Shown here one piece after another: positions 12,413 to 25,140 of a stretch of DNA of 64,000 nt. A program made the position numbers and the translations under genes. Position 1 is the first letter of the stretch; every line of letters begins with the position of its first letter. The stretch lies in NCBI RefSeq assembly GCF_964355755.1, contig NC_092670.1:37312388-37376387 (forward strand), read 5' to 3'. The stretch is from Antedon mediterranea (Eukaryota; Animalia; Echinodermata). The notes beneath the pieces were generated by a model. It worked only from the letters and a program-made list of their open reading frames with translations, had not been told where the DNA came from and searched no databases.

Positions 12413-15400
12413 ATGAACACGATGTTTACAAATTTCCATAGAGGTTTAGCTTTGGTTGTTGCTGGATTCTCTCTAAATTTGTCGGTTCTAGGAATCGCAT
12501 TAAATTACAACATTTTTCATCTGAAGCTGCAAGAACAATTTAATGCAACGGCTAGTGAGATTGGTACGTACTTATTAGTTATGCCTACCTACAGAAAACA
12601 GTAGTGCATACAGGGAGTTGCACAACTCCCTGCTTTAATTTAATATATATCGTATGTTAATTACTTTGTTTATTGACATTGACACATGCTTCTTTAGGTG
12701 ACCGTACAATAGAATTAGCTATATACACTGAAACCCTGACATCTGTTTTGTTTACTGTATATCGGAAGTTCTTATTAGTTATTCTAGTCCACATCATCCA
12801 CACTGTGATTAATTTATCTTCATATAAATCATCTTAATTTTTTTTTTGTAGATCTCCCCTGTTTTTCTCTTCACGGGATTTTCTTCGGGTGAATATCGCC
12901 TTACTGCAATGCATGTATGTGTAAGGCCCAACCAAAGGAGGGGTTCATATTGTACTTCTAACCTATAATTGGCACTTCCCCGCTTCCGTTTCTAAAAACA
13001 TCAGTGCCCCGTGTTTGTTTCCTTACTGAATCCCCCAAAAAGTGTGGGTTTTTTTTCAACAGAAGTAAAGGGATTGCAAGCGAGGACTTAAGAAAATATT
13101 ATAAAGGTATTTCCTATGCCTGCTGGCCCTATAAGATAAACAAAATTAGCCTGCTCGCTGCCTAGGTAGAATTGCCGAAAAATCTGAGATATATAATATT
13201 ATACCATGGAGTAAAGAATATAACTCCATGATTATACACAAACATTGTTGTAAGCCAATCTAGATAGATCTGTGTTATGTAATCTATTAGGTAATAGAGT
13301 AGACCTACATTAATGTTTGTATTTATAATACTATTACAATCGTCTGTGCAAACACAATCATGGGCCTAATATACTACACCTGATCCATAATAAATTAACG
13401 AGTGATGACGTGCCTGTCTGAAACTTATTTTGCAGGTACTGCTGGTGGAGTTGCTGTTGGACTTTTGAATTTTGCTTCTCCACTCACAACGTTTCTCTGT
13501 CAAGTGTGTAGCCCACGACGTCGTCATCGCCGGAGTCATCATGTGCGGATCAAGTCTCATCGTGTCTAGATCAAGGTCAAGATGTTGATTTTCTCCTACG
13601 GAGTATTGTTTGGCGTAGGATCAAGCTTTGTACACATTCCTCCACTCTATCTACTGGTCTTCTACTTCTCTGGCAAGCGTTACAACCGAGCATGCGTTGC
13701 TGTTCTCACAGGACTAGGAGCAGGTAAGTAATAGAATGCAGCAGGAAAGAGTGAAATTCTGAATGTATTATGTTCGAATCCAGAAGCAACCATAAAATGT
13801 GCTGGGATAACAGTAACAGTAGCGGCATGCAGGATGACATAATATACTTTCCCACATGTATACGGAATCAATATTTTCAGAGCATGTGTAACGTTGTTCT
13901 CTTCATGTTCATGTATTTAGACATTTTACGTATATCTAATGACTTGATTATTTTCATCTTTTACCAGGTGTTGCTATAACTTCGCCTTTACTGGAAAAAT
14001 GCTTTTCAGTTTACGGATTTTTCTACACTTTACGAATGTACGGTGCATGCACAATATGCATCGGATTGACGGCATCATTAGCAATGGGAAAGCCAACATT
14101 GACACAAACTAAGACCTGCAATCAGTCCAATCCCAAACACCAAAAACGACCAGGTGAATGATTTAAGGTTAATGTTAATAAACAATCCAGTATCAGCAGA
14201 GTTGAAAGCAAAACAAGAAAGTAACGATATCAAAGATGAGAGAACAGAGACCAATAAGCCTAAAGATAAAGAATTACCATTCTGCGAAGAGAAAACTAGC
14301 AAAAAAATCTTGTTACAGGAATTAGAGATGGAAAAGCCAATATTGAAACAAAATTGCAATGGTTCAATATCAAACACCAAAGATCACCAGGAGATAACTA
14401 ATGAAATGAAACATTCAGTGCCGATAGAGTTAAAAGCAAAACAAGAAAATAATGATTTTAATGATGAAAATATAATTAAAGATATAGAAACATTCAGCGA
14501 AGAAAAGATTAGCAAAATAATCTTGGTAAAGACAATGTTAAGGAGTTCTAATTTTTGGATATGTCAGCCGATGTTTCTTCTTTATTCAATTGGAATCACA
14601 TTCAGCTTTGTGAGTGCGGTAAGTAGGCTTATTACATAATTATAGTTCTATAGATATTTACAGCGAATACAACGGTATACAATTACTTTAAAAGGAAAAC
14701 CTGAATGATGTATCTAGTGGGAATTATACAACATGGAGATTGCCAATAATATTATGTCAAAGGTTTATTTGTAATCTACTTATTTCAAATGAACATTTGT
14801 TTTATAATCTAAATGACAGTGTTTTGATTATTGTTTTGTTCTTACAGGCGAACTTTATGGATGAGAAAAGTATATCTTCAGAAGAAATTGCGCGGACATT
14901 GAGTTTCATGGGATTTGGTAGTCTGATTACGCGCGTAGTTTTCGTGGTCATCGCAAGTTGTCTGCCAGTTTCGATAACATTCATTCTTTCGATTTCGAAT
15001 CTTCTTCTCTGTGTTATTTCAATTGTGCTGACCTTTGACATTTCCAACACATTTGTTATTCTGTTATTTATAGGTAAGTTTTATAAAGATACGTTGCTGC
15101 TAGTCTTGTTTTCCACTATAACCAGAACGTAATGCTGGCGCGTCGTCAAGCATTCACCGTCCGCGCGTCAGCTCACTTATCTGTGACAACAGTTGATGGC
15201 GATGTGTGAAATAATGTCAAATAAATAATTTCAGGTCTCAGTATACCGAGGGCTCTGTGCATGGTACTTCCGCTGCCCGTTTGCGTAGAGTTATTTGGGA
15301 AACGTATATCAACCGAGGCTGTGTCTGTTGCTTACTGTTTCTTTGGTATAGGATCATTAGTTAGCCAAGTTGTAACAGGTGAGTAGTTGACCTAGGCTAG

Positions 15401-15830
15401 ACGTTTTATTTTTCCTTCTACCAATTTAATTTTACGCAAATATACCCCGTAATATTAAAACAAAAGTAATTCTTTTAAAATAGTTCTTTTACTAACTATA
15501 ATAGTAATATAATAATCTGTATAGATCTTGATTTCATTTCAGCCATAAAAACAGTCATCGTTTAATATTGTACCCGAGTGTAATGAATTCTGGAGCTAAA
15601 CTAAGTTCAAAATGATTCATAAATCAAAATTAATATCATTATTCTTTCATTCTTTAGATAATTTGTACGATCTAACTGGATCGTACGACACGGCGCTATA
15701 CAGTGGGCTATGCATATGCAGTGGGCTTTTCTTTGTTTGTACAATTTCGTTTGGTGTTGTTATTTTGAAATCAGGGCGAAAACAAAACAAAGAATACAAA
15801 TTTATTACTGAAAATCTTCAGCACCAGTAG
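12413..15830 (+). pseudogene. SLC16/MCT-like tandem copy 3, frameshifted pseudogene
   Basis: Exons 12413..12563, 13436..13723, 13968..14618, 14848..15073, 15235..15378, 15658..15830 with intact splice sites. Versus copy 2: a 2-nt deletion near 13519 gives TAG at 13567-13569, and a second 2-nt loss near 14121 gives TGA at 14159-14161. Confidence 0.8.
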
Positions 15831-17235
15831 TGAAAAACCGTCGTCTCTTCCACACCAAACCAATCACAAACCGCCACCCTGCGGTGAGTTACGTCATTTT
15901 GCAGAAGTAACACTCCAGTCAACTTTCTGGCAAACTCTTAAAGTGTGGTAAAGTTGTTAGGTTAAAGTTGTTGCTAGTGTAGACCAGTTTACAAAACAGG
16001 TTTGCAGAAGTCTACACAAGGAACTTTAGCAGTGCAAACTAGAATAATATCGAGCAAACTCCGAGTTTTCAAACACAAAATTGTGTATAGGTTTGATAGT
16101 GTAGATTAAGCCTTTAAAAAACTTTTGTCTGTTTTGTGATTATTGTTAACTGGACTACATTAGCAAATTTTGGAAAAACTTTCTTGACAAATGACAAAAG
16201 TTAAACTTTTATTATTTGCCAGTTTGGAGAACCATGGAGGGATATTTTTTTTTCATGGGAAGACTTTATCTTCTGAGTTACTAAATGCTTCTGAAAGATC
16301 ACTGAACACGCTGATGAGCCTTCTATTTCTTTCACTTGTCGGAAGTGTCGGATTGTTTGGACCGTTCAACGATATGTAGGCCTACTGTACGTTATATTGG
16401 TGGTAAAATGTCTATAGCAGATTAACATATTTTATTATTTTAGTATAAATACAAAGCTAATACTCATATAGACAAATAATTTACTTACGTTTAAAGCGTA
16501 AAAGAAATATAATACAGAATTTTAAGTACTTTTTTAAAACTCGAAGAGTTGGTCCATGTGTTTCATATTTTAGCAAGAAATATTTCTTCAAAAAAATGCT
16601 GCTCGACGTAACAGTTTTAAATATTGTTCTATCTTAAATAATTAAATTATTGAAGAGATAATGATTTATTGTCAATTATTTTTGTTTACCAATCAGTAAT
16701 AAAAAGGTTGTCTTACATAAATATAGTCCTAATTTTAAGTCCTATGTGGTACTGTAGGCCTACATATTCCGGGGTAGGCATTACTCCAAAGGCCGGTGTA
16801 AGATTTAAATCTGTCCGGTGTTTGAAAGTGTCCACTGGACAATTTTCAGCATTGAATATTGTAATACTAGCTGTTGAAAATGGCCGCAACCACCCGGGCA
16901 GCTTTCATCGATAAAAAAGTAGGACCATCGAGACATCGACATCATATTAACCCCGTAAAAACTAGGGCACTGGACGTTCACCAACTCCCGTTAGGGTAAT
17001 TATAATTCCTTAGAATACCAACTTGAATCGCAAAATATCAAGTGGATTGAAATAAATATTACTATTATTATATCTGGAGACATATAGTCTAATCAAATTA
17101 AATTGTTTGTTTTTGATTGAGTATATACAACCTGTTGTCAATTTGAAGTAAATCGACAACTTGAAAAATATATAGCCTACTGTATTATTATTTCGAGGGA
17201 ATGAATATCACTAAATCATATAGGCATAGGGCCTA

Positions 17236-17430
17236 CCTATTTCGTTATCTCGAAATATTATTTCATTCGAAATTCGAATTACTACTTCGCGAGAGAACGA
17301 AATAATTTCCCTCGAAATTATTTCGTTCTCTCGATCATCATCATCATCATCATCATCATTCCTTGTCTCGAAGTAGTAATTCGTTTTTTATATTATTCAG
17401 TTCTTGAAATCTTATTTTGTTCTCCCTAAA
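17236..17430. repeat. Degenerate ATTTCGTTCTCTCGAAAT-type direct/inverted repeat cluster with (CAT)n
   Basis: Repeated TTTCG/CGAAAT units on both strands; (CAT)n at about 17335-17359. Confidence 0.5.
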
Positions 17431-17914
17431 TATATTCGTTCCATTCCAGTAAACAAACATTCTAATTTCACAGCGGAACCCACATACCCCAAGCTTCCAT
17501 CAAGTAAAACAAAATTATAATTTCCCAGCTGCTGACAAACGTAGTACACTAATCAAACAATTCTTCACATTATTCGCCAAAAATATTTACCATAAAATAA
17601 GGATTGTTTTGACAATGATATTGACAGGCAAAACGAAAACATAATTTATTTTTATTGAACAGGTCTTTACACAGACAACTGCCTGCATGTCATAGACTCT
17701 CTTCTCCCAGACGTCCGTTGGGTTTTGCGCATGCCCAGTCCAAGTTTCCAATTACCCATTTTTTTAGCCGTAGTACGTAAAACATCAGAACACTTTTTTG
17801 AATATATCATGCAACTACTGATGGCGCGAAAAAAACTAATAAACACCGTCTCGTCTATCGGCTCGTCGTTGATGGCAGCAGTAATATGTTGCCTATAGTG
17901 TGGTGTAGCGTAGG

Positions 17915-20108
17915 ATGGCGGCGGAATATTCAAAGTGTCTTACTCTAAATAATCATGATTCAGCGAAACTGTCTATATTGCAGGTAAAATACGTTTTTGT
18001 AATTATACTAGGTTATTAACTAACTATCCTATATGATGCTAGGCGTACCTAGCTAGTTAGGCCTTATAGATTAGCCTAGAGAGAGGTCTACCTAGCCTCT
18101 AGTCTAGGCCTAGGCCTAGGTAGGCCTACTCTAGCTAGCTAGGCCTAGCCCGTACCTACTGTACGTACCATCCATATGGTGTCTGATGACCCCTACCAGT
18201 ACCATCATGCCAACTCGTACCAAAATAATTGGGCCTACTTACATACTGAGCCTACCTACTACAGTACTCCTAGATGGTAGGCTGGCCATACTAGAGGCCG
18301 GCTAAAGGATTATTTAGTCCCTCTACTAGCCTAGTCTCTACTACTACCATCCAGCCAGCAAGGGCCAGGGCTAATTTTAGCAGTGTAGGCCTAGCCTAGT
18401 AGTAGCCTTTCATATCTTAAACTCTAAATACTCTAGACACTTGTGTATAATTAATACTATATTTCACACACACATTGACTCATTGTTGTTTTCTAGGCAG
18501 CTGTTAGAGGCTTCATTGTACGTAGACAACTAGCAAGATTAAGAAAAGAATATGAAGAATTGACATTTAGACTGGAGATGCAGTATAGTAATGAAACTGT
18601 CGTAGAATGGCATTTACACCAGCCTTGCAGGCCACGTCATTATATAAAGGTGAAAATTTATTAAACTTTTTTTCTAACATCTTAAAACCGAATTTATATA
18701 TAAACAGTACAGTACTGTATGTTGTATTCATTACTGATTGTTGATCATATTTTGAAATTTTAATATTATTGTTGTTTCAGAAATACCATATTAGGAAGGC
18801 TGTGAAAGGAAGCAAATCAACAGAATGTAAAAAAGATTTCGATGCTGGAGTTGGAGAACAAAATAAAATAGATGAAAGATTACAAGATGAAGGGAAGGGT
18901 TTTATAATTCCAGAAAGAGAAGGAACTGTATCAAAGAACAAAGAATGTGTTGTCAATGAACCATCTATACAGACTGATGGAATTACTTCAGATGTCAATG
19001 ATCCAGCTTCAGGTGTTTCAGACTCTGTTGGCTCTGTAGATATTGTCGGAGAAATTGATGTTCTTCCTGTCAGGGATAGTGCAGACAGAGGAAGCCTGAA
19101 TGAGAAGGATAGTGGAAATCAAAATATGAAAAATGATAAAGAGCCACCACCGGACAGACACTCAATAGACATTTCACCTATGAGCGCTGATGATGCAGAC
19201 ACGGCTGTCTCTGATATTTATAGTGACACGTCTGCTGCTAGCGGTGCTTCCCTGACCTCTCATGTCAGTAAAATGTCAGTTGAAGAGGATAAAAGTATTG
19301 TCTACACTGACCATCAAAAGTCCGATTGTGTTCCTTCTGGTTATGAAAGTCCAACATCTGTAGTATCTGATGTTATTTCTCACGGTAATGACAATATATC
19401 TTCTACCATTCCAAAGTCTGATACTATGCCAGGTTTTGCTGATGATAGTCTGCAATCAGCTGTTACACATTCTGGTCCTACCCCCTCTTATAGTTTTGAA
19501 CAATTAGATGACAAAGACAAGGAAGGTAGTGTTAAAGATGCTGTGCAAGTTGTTATAAACAATTTTAAAACTGATCAAGAAAAACAAACAAAACTTGGAA
19601 TTCATAATGAAACATCAATCTGGGGTTCTGAGTTATCATTCAATGTTCAATCAGGTTAGTTTAAATGTTTCATCCCTAAAGCTTGGTTCCCACTAGGACG
19701 TAACGTAAGTTATTTCACCAATAACAATGCGATGGATAATCGAACTGTCGCCTGCCATTGGTCATCTTGCGTTGCATCTACATCCTTTCGTTACATCCTT
19801 TGCTTTAATTATTGTACAGTATTATTATTATCATTGTAGCCAACAAGATTTACCCATCTGATCCAGAAAAATTAAAAGAGCTTAGGAATAACGTTGCTAT
19901 GGAGATGCTATGGGTCCAGCAAGCCATTATAAGTCGCAAAAATGTAAGGAAAATGCAAAATGTACTTTTTTTGTGCATCTTTTATATAATAGTGCAATTT
20001 TCATAGTTAATTAAGAATAAGTATCGTAATGTTGATTTATTATTTTTCTCTCTTGCTCCCTCTCTTTAGTATCTGAGATTAAAAGACAAAATGGATGCTA
20101 AGTTGTGA
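17915..20108 (+). CDS. IQCC: IQ domain-containing protein C-like (about 412 aa)
   Basis: join(17915..17983,18497..18649,18781..19654,19840..19943,20070..20108). N-terminal IQ motif LQAAVRGFIVRRQLARLRKEYEE..W..PCRP and conserved block ELRNNVAMEMLWVQQAIISRKNYLRLK match the IQCC family; acidic Ser/Asp-rich middle exon. Confidence 0.85.
19680..19800. mobile_element. Harbinger-type MITE family B, truncated
   Basis: Left TIR AGCTTGGTTCCCACTAG after TAA; right TIR lost. Confidence 0.65.
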
Positions 20109-20331
20109 GTTGGATTTAATTATCTTACTAACTGTGGAGTACTAACACCGATTCAGCACAGACATGATCCCTCAGAAAAGAGAGAGTTGTTTTGTTAACA
20201 GCATTTTCGGTTTTAAAATAAACTTTAAATTAAATAAATGTCGGCATAGTTGATTTTTTATTGATAAGGACACAGTGCTAATCAGATTGTAATAATACAA
20301 TACATCTGTTTAAATGTGTTATCAAACCTAA

Positions 20332-20495
20332 AGCTCTATCTACACTATCAAACTAGTTTGACAACAAAAAAATGTGTGATGTGCCCAAATGTGGTAGTGA
20401 TATGCCTAAATATGGTAGTGGTATGACATCATCATGTCCATATACAGTATATGGGCACATCACATTTCTTGTCACATAAACTTTGATAGTGTAGG
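20332..20495. mobile_element. Harbinger-type MITE family A
   Basis: Left TIR AGCTCTATCTACACTATCAAAC, family core ATGGTAGTGATATG...CATCATCATGTCCATAT; right TIR clipped. Confidence 0.8.
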
Positions 20496-20720
20496 TTTAG
20501 GTATTTAATAATGCATCTGTAATCAAACGTGTCAGCGCCCTCATACATTGAATGTAGCACAGGTTGAATGAACTACACGACTTATTTGAAGTTAAGTGTA
20601 AACCGAACACTACAATCTTTATAATCTTTGATCAACAGTGTATTTATTTCAATTTTAAAACATCGCTGTGGGCAATAGTATAGTATAGGTTTATCCATTT
20701 GATGTGACATTTAGTCATAA

Positions 20721-20861
20721 AGCTCTGTCTACACTATCAAAGGTTATGTGACAACAAATGTGCCCATATATGGATATGATGATGTCATACCACTACCATA
20801 TTTGGGCACATCACACTTTTTTGTCAAACTAGTTATTTACACTGATAGTGTAGACAGAGCT
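20721..20861. mobile_element. Harbinger-type MITE family A
   Basis: TIRs AGCTCTGTCTACACTATCA / TGATAGTGTAGACAGAGCT. Confidence 0.88.
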
Positions 20862-20994
20862 TTGCATTGTAGTATATATGATAAAACAAAACCTGTAAAT
20901 ATAGGTGTAAGCCTACTGTGTATGATTATTATGTTTGCTATGATGGTTTCTGATCTCTCCAGTTATATAAATAGACATTTCTATATATTATATT

Positions 20995-21190
20995 TTGTGA
21001 GGACCAGTGTGTTGGGAACTATTGATCGTGAGTTCGAATCCAAAGCTCATGTCGCATTACTAATATCCTTAGGCAAGATATGTTACGTGTTTGATCCAAA
21101 CATGACCGGGGTTATAATGTAACAGGCTTTGAAGCTTTGTGCAGTAAGCGCTCGCCGCTATATAATATTGACGTATTATTATTATTATTT
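20995..21190 (+). mobile_element. Decayed tRNA-derived SINE with CORE-like box and L2-like tail
   Basis: B box GAGTTCGAATCC, TCCTTAGGCAAG (CORE-like), GCTATATAA followed by (TAT)n. Confidence 0.55.
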
Positions 21191-21305
21191 CGTATAGTAT
21201 TTGTATTGGAAGATGATTAAACCAAAAATAAATAAATAAAAACGAAAAATGTATTTGTTTTAAATAATATTATAAAAACTCAATTTAACAACAAGCTGAG
21301 CTTAA

Positions 21306-21470
21306 AGCTCTGTCTACACTATCACATTTTATGTGACAAAAAATGTGATGTGCCCATATAATGGACATGATGATGTCGCATCACTACCATATTTGGGAAT
21401 ATCACTATCGTATTTGGGCACATCATACTTTTTTTGTTGTCAAATATCGTTTGATAATATGGACAGAGCT
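21306..21470. mobile_element. Harbinger-type MITE family A
   Basis: TIRs plus TAA duplication on both sides. Confidence 0.88.
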
Positions 21471-21849
21471 TAACGCAAATGTGTTTAACTTACATCATTG
21501 AGAACTGGATAATACACTGATAATAACATTATTGACATATGAGCTGGCCTCCCTTCATATTAAATATCAATTAGTACAGTGGTTGATGGCATGCAATCAA
21601 TAGAAATAATTTAAACAGCCGACGGCTAGGGAAGGCTCTGAAGGAGTTAAGATGTTGAATTACTATCAGCGAGGGTTTATCCGAAGTATTAGATTCGTAT
21701 TTTGTGTGATTAACCTCACATAAAAATCAATATTTAGGTTTTCCATTATACACCTCTGTTAAATAGGGCGTGTATACCCTGCAAGGGGTTATACACTGAA
21801 CTGTATTCATTGGTGTGTTTTAGAGACCTAGAAAGTTGATTTTACTTAA

Positions 21850-22051
21850 AGCGTGGTTCCCACTAGAACGCAACGCTACGACGTATCGATGCAAAGTGCT
21901 GTATTTCGTAATCACAAGTGGGAATCGACGACGCAATAGTGCTACAAACATCGCAGTTTTGATTTCACGCAGGCGGGGGAAAACACAATTATTAGAATGG
22001 CATTTGCTTACGTTGCGTATATTACGTTACGTCGATAGTAGGAACCAAGCT
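21850..22051. mobile_element. Harbinger-type MITE family B (subfamily B2)
   Basis: TIRs AGCGTGGTTCCCACTAG / TAGTAGGAACCAAGCT with TAA/TTA flanks; body aligns to 62203..62417. Confidence 0.85.
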
Positions 22052-22547
22052 TTATAGAATACCGTTGTTTGTGGTATGATACTTAAAAAAAAGGTCTCCG
22101 ACTTGTAGGCCTACGTCCTCACCCCTTCCCCTCCCCTGCGTTCTCACCATATCCCCACCCGGCGTTCTGAACCCATCCTTTCCCCTGCGTTGTGACACAA
22201 CATGCCATGGTTGTGGTAAAATGACGCATCTTGAGGTCGAACTTCTCGCTCATAAAACGATGTTTTGTTTCGATGACTTCTCTCATCATCAAATCTGTAT
22301 ATCGAATATCTGAATAAAGGTAAAATGACCGAAATATCGATTGTTCGCGCACATAAATAATGATAGTACGGTAAATGAACGAATTAGCACCACTTTCGAA
22401 TCTATGCGGTCTTGAATAAATATTGTAAATAATAAATTCAAGAAAAACCAAGTTATTTTTTAATTTGATTTGAACAATTCCAACAATGGTTTTCAAAGGC
22501 ATCAAACATCTTTTTTGAACAAAATAATAAAAGCGCCGGTATTTGAA

Positions 22548-22660
22548 TTGAATGTCACATCGCAATTTGAAATGAATGCCGCTTCGCAATTTACAATGAA
22601 TGCCGCGTCACAATTTTAAATGAATACCGCGTCATAATTTGCAATGAATGCCGCGTCGCT
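22548..22660. repeat. About 24-bp tandem repeat (AATGAATGCCGCGTCACAATTT..) x 4-5
   Basis: Visible tandem units; probably the interior of a larger decayed element starting near 22115. Confidence 0.65.
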
Positions 22661-22869
22661 TGTTCAATCATACGGTGTAGGTGTCAAGTCTTCCAGCATA
22701 AACGCATAGCCTAGAGTGACACGTTACATCTAAAATGCATTTGAAATGTACAGCTTCGATTGAGTCACATCCTTGTTACAGCTAAACATCACCTGGAATT
22801 GTTTAGTACGTATAGTGTATCATTAGCAATCAGTTCACCAACCTGACTAAACTAATGTGTTATCGTTTA

Positions 22870-23019
22870 GGCTCTGGCTACACTATCAAACTAGTGGACA
22901 AAAAAAAGATGTTTGCAAATATGGTAGTAATATGGCCGAATATGGTAGTGATATGACATCATCATGTCAATGGGCACAGCGAATTTTTTTGTCAAAAGTT
23001 TGATAGTGTAGACAGAGCT
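22870..23019. mobile_element. Harbinger-type MITE family A
   Basis: TIRs plus TTA duplication on both sides. Confidence 0.85.
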
Positions 23020-23384
23020 TTAGTTCGTATTATTTACTAGGACATCTCAAATGAAAGAGCCATAACATGGTTTCACTTGGTATATAAACACTAATTTAAT
23101 TAAAATACAAATCGTTTGTTATTCGTTGTAAACTTTAACATCAAACATTTCAGGTAAAACGCCTACTTAATTTGAATTACACATTCATGTACATTTTATG
23201 GATATGCCTACAGCGTATCCGAACTAATTGATTGATGGATTAATTGGTGAACGGTTAAAATTAAATTTAATCAATGGAGAAGAAGTTTGATAGAAAGCGC
23301 TGTCGATTTGCGACGACGACTGAAGACCGACGACCAACATAGGTCAGGTCAGGTCAATCGATGTGTCGTCGGTCACCTGTCCCC

Positions 23385-23555
23385 AGAAACCATTAAACCT
23401 GTGTCGAGGTGAGGAACAAGGACACGCATCCGTACAACAATGTACTAACATGACTATTAGTTTGGACGTCGGTCACCATTAAACCTGTGTCGAGGTGAGG
23501 AGCAAGGACTCGCATGCGTACAATGTACTAACATGACGTAGTTTTGTCGTCGATC
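23385..23555. repeat. About 85-bp local tandem duplication
   Basis: ACCATTAAACCTGTGTCGAGGTGAGGA...ATGTACTAACATGAC occurs twice. Confidence 0.8.
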
Positions 23556-24124
23556 GTGCAATGTCATAAGGCAAATTGAATCTTTTTCAAATTGAATTGA
23601 AATATTTTCTTTTCAACATTTAGTTATCTTGATGGTTCAATTATATAACAATTCGTTTCCAAAATTGAAAATACTAAAAAAACAACATGCTGTTACTAAT
23701 TTACATAAGTCACTTAGAAAATATTCTGCGCATGATATAGTGCACTTAATATTAAGGTATTTTAGATGGCCTGTAATACCACAATGGCACAGAATGACTA
23801 TTCGACTCGACAGTCGCATGGTGCGTCGTGAAACGAAATGTCGCTAAATAAAGTACCATTAAGATAAACTGCACGTTTTCGTTAAAAAGCTGATCGGTTT
23901 TGTGTTCTCAATATTAACTATCTTATCTACTCTTAGCTGAGTAGAAAGAAAAAGTACATGTAAATAATTTTGATTTATGATTAAAGCATGGTTACACCAG
24001 CTTAAAGCTGTATACATACTCAACTACAGTGTACACCTTACGACTAACTAGATGAAGCTTGTGTGTGGACATAGCTTTATTCCAAACCATCTACATGCTT
24101 CTTAATCGATTAATTTTGTCATCA

Positions 24125-24412
24125 TCGTTCATCATCTAATCAATCAATCTATCAATCAATTATTCTACAGTTTATTATGTAAACGACAAAATCACAGATT
24201 CTTACATCATACGTCTACTGTAATGCTCTGTTTTCAAATTATATGTGCTCCAAAGGCTTTCAAACCGAGTGCGATTTATTGCGTTCATCTAATCAATCAT
24301 TCTACAGTTTATTATAATGTAAACGGCAAAATCACAGAGTCTACGTCTACTATAATGCTCTGTTGTCAAAATAGTATGTGCTCCAAAGGCTTTCAAATCG
24401 AGCGCGATTTAT
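24125..24412. repeat. About 140-155-bp local tandem duplication
   Basis: CATCTAATCAATCA...TATGTGCTCCAAAGGCTTTCAAA..GAG.GCGATTTATT occurs twice. Confidence 0.8.
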
Positions 24413-24857
24413 TTAAATTATGCCGTACGTGACAACTATGTATGCCATTTCACTTTGTGTTTGTTTCTAAATATTTATTATTGCCTCTTCCATAACTATA
24501 CCATGCTAACTTTGTAATGATGTTCTTCAGGTAATTAACGAACAAATTTAATTAGTAAATCCTTGGATGTCAAGTTATCCATTAATTGTTATTTAAATTA
24601 CATATTTGGGTCGATCATCCATTTAGCCGTAATTGTTTCAAAGTTTATTACGGTTTTCCGCCGTGATTAATGTTATGCAAGAGGTTTTAAATGAAAGTAA
24701 ATAATCAGTGTAATGTGGCCATATCTTTCGTCGTGTATATTTCTTTGCCTTCTGAAAACTAGGCCAACACAGGATATAGCCTAAATGCTGCAAATACTAG
24801 TTTCTATACCATTTAACCATTATCGATCACAGACGTTTTAATATCAAGCAAATAAAG

Positions 24858-25140
24858 CGAATGAGTGGCCCAGTGCTTAAAACAGTGAAACCGTAATACC
24901 TTGCCATACATCGGCAACAGTTCGAAGCTCACTCGCTTCATGGTATTCTCGGATAAGGATTATAAACCGTAGTTCCAGTGTACACATCTGGTTCATGAAC
25001 CTAGTACATCTTTCGAGACGAGTAGGAGGTTAGTTCACACACAGCCACTGTCACAAACTCATCACACTAGACCCTCTGGGAGAACAGTCTTTGACTGAAG
25101 AGGCTACCCAGTATAAAGAACAAATAACAAAAAATATAAA
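24858..25140 (+). mobile_element. tRNA-derived SINE with Deu/Nin-like central domain
   Basis: A/B-box head, TCGGATAAGGATTATAAACCG..GAACCTAGTACATCTTTCGAGACGAGTAGG core, A-rich tail; paralogue at 58540..58800. Confidence 0.7.

Noticed and set aside
13567-14161. Stop readthrough, selenocysteine or programmed frameshifting rescuing copy 3
   Set aside because: Two independent lesions in different exons, no slippery site or SECIS seen; pseudogenisation is simpler.
3157-15050. Antisense ORFs conserved across the three transporter copies
   Set aside because: Shadows of the sense exons; conservation follows from the duplication.
17667-17933. Divergent minus-strand gene at the IQCC promoter
   Set aside because: No recognisable domain, splice partner or downstream exons.
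21836-22057. Paralogous small ORFs (VITSGNRRRNSA) here and at 62155..62352
   Set aside because: Both lie in MITE subfamily B2 copies; no coding evidence.
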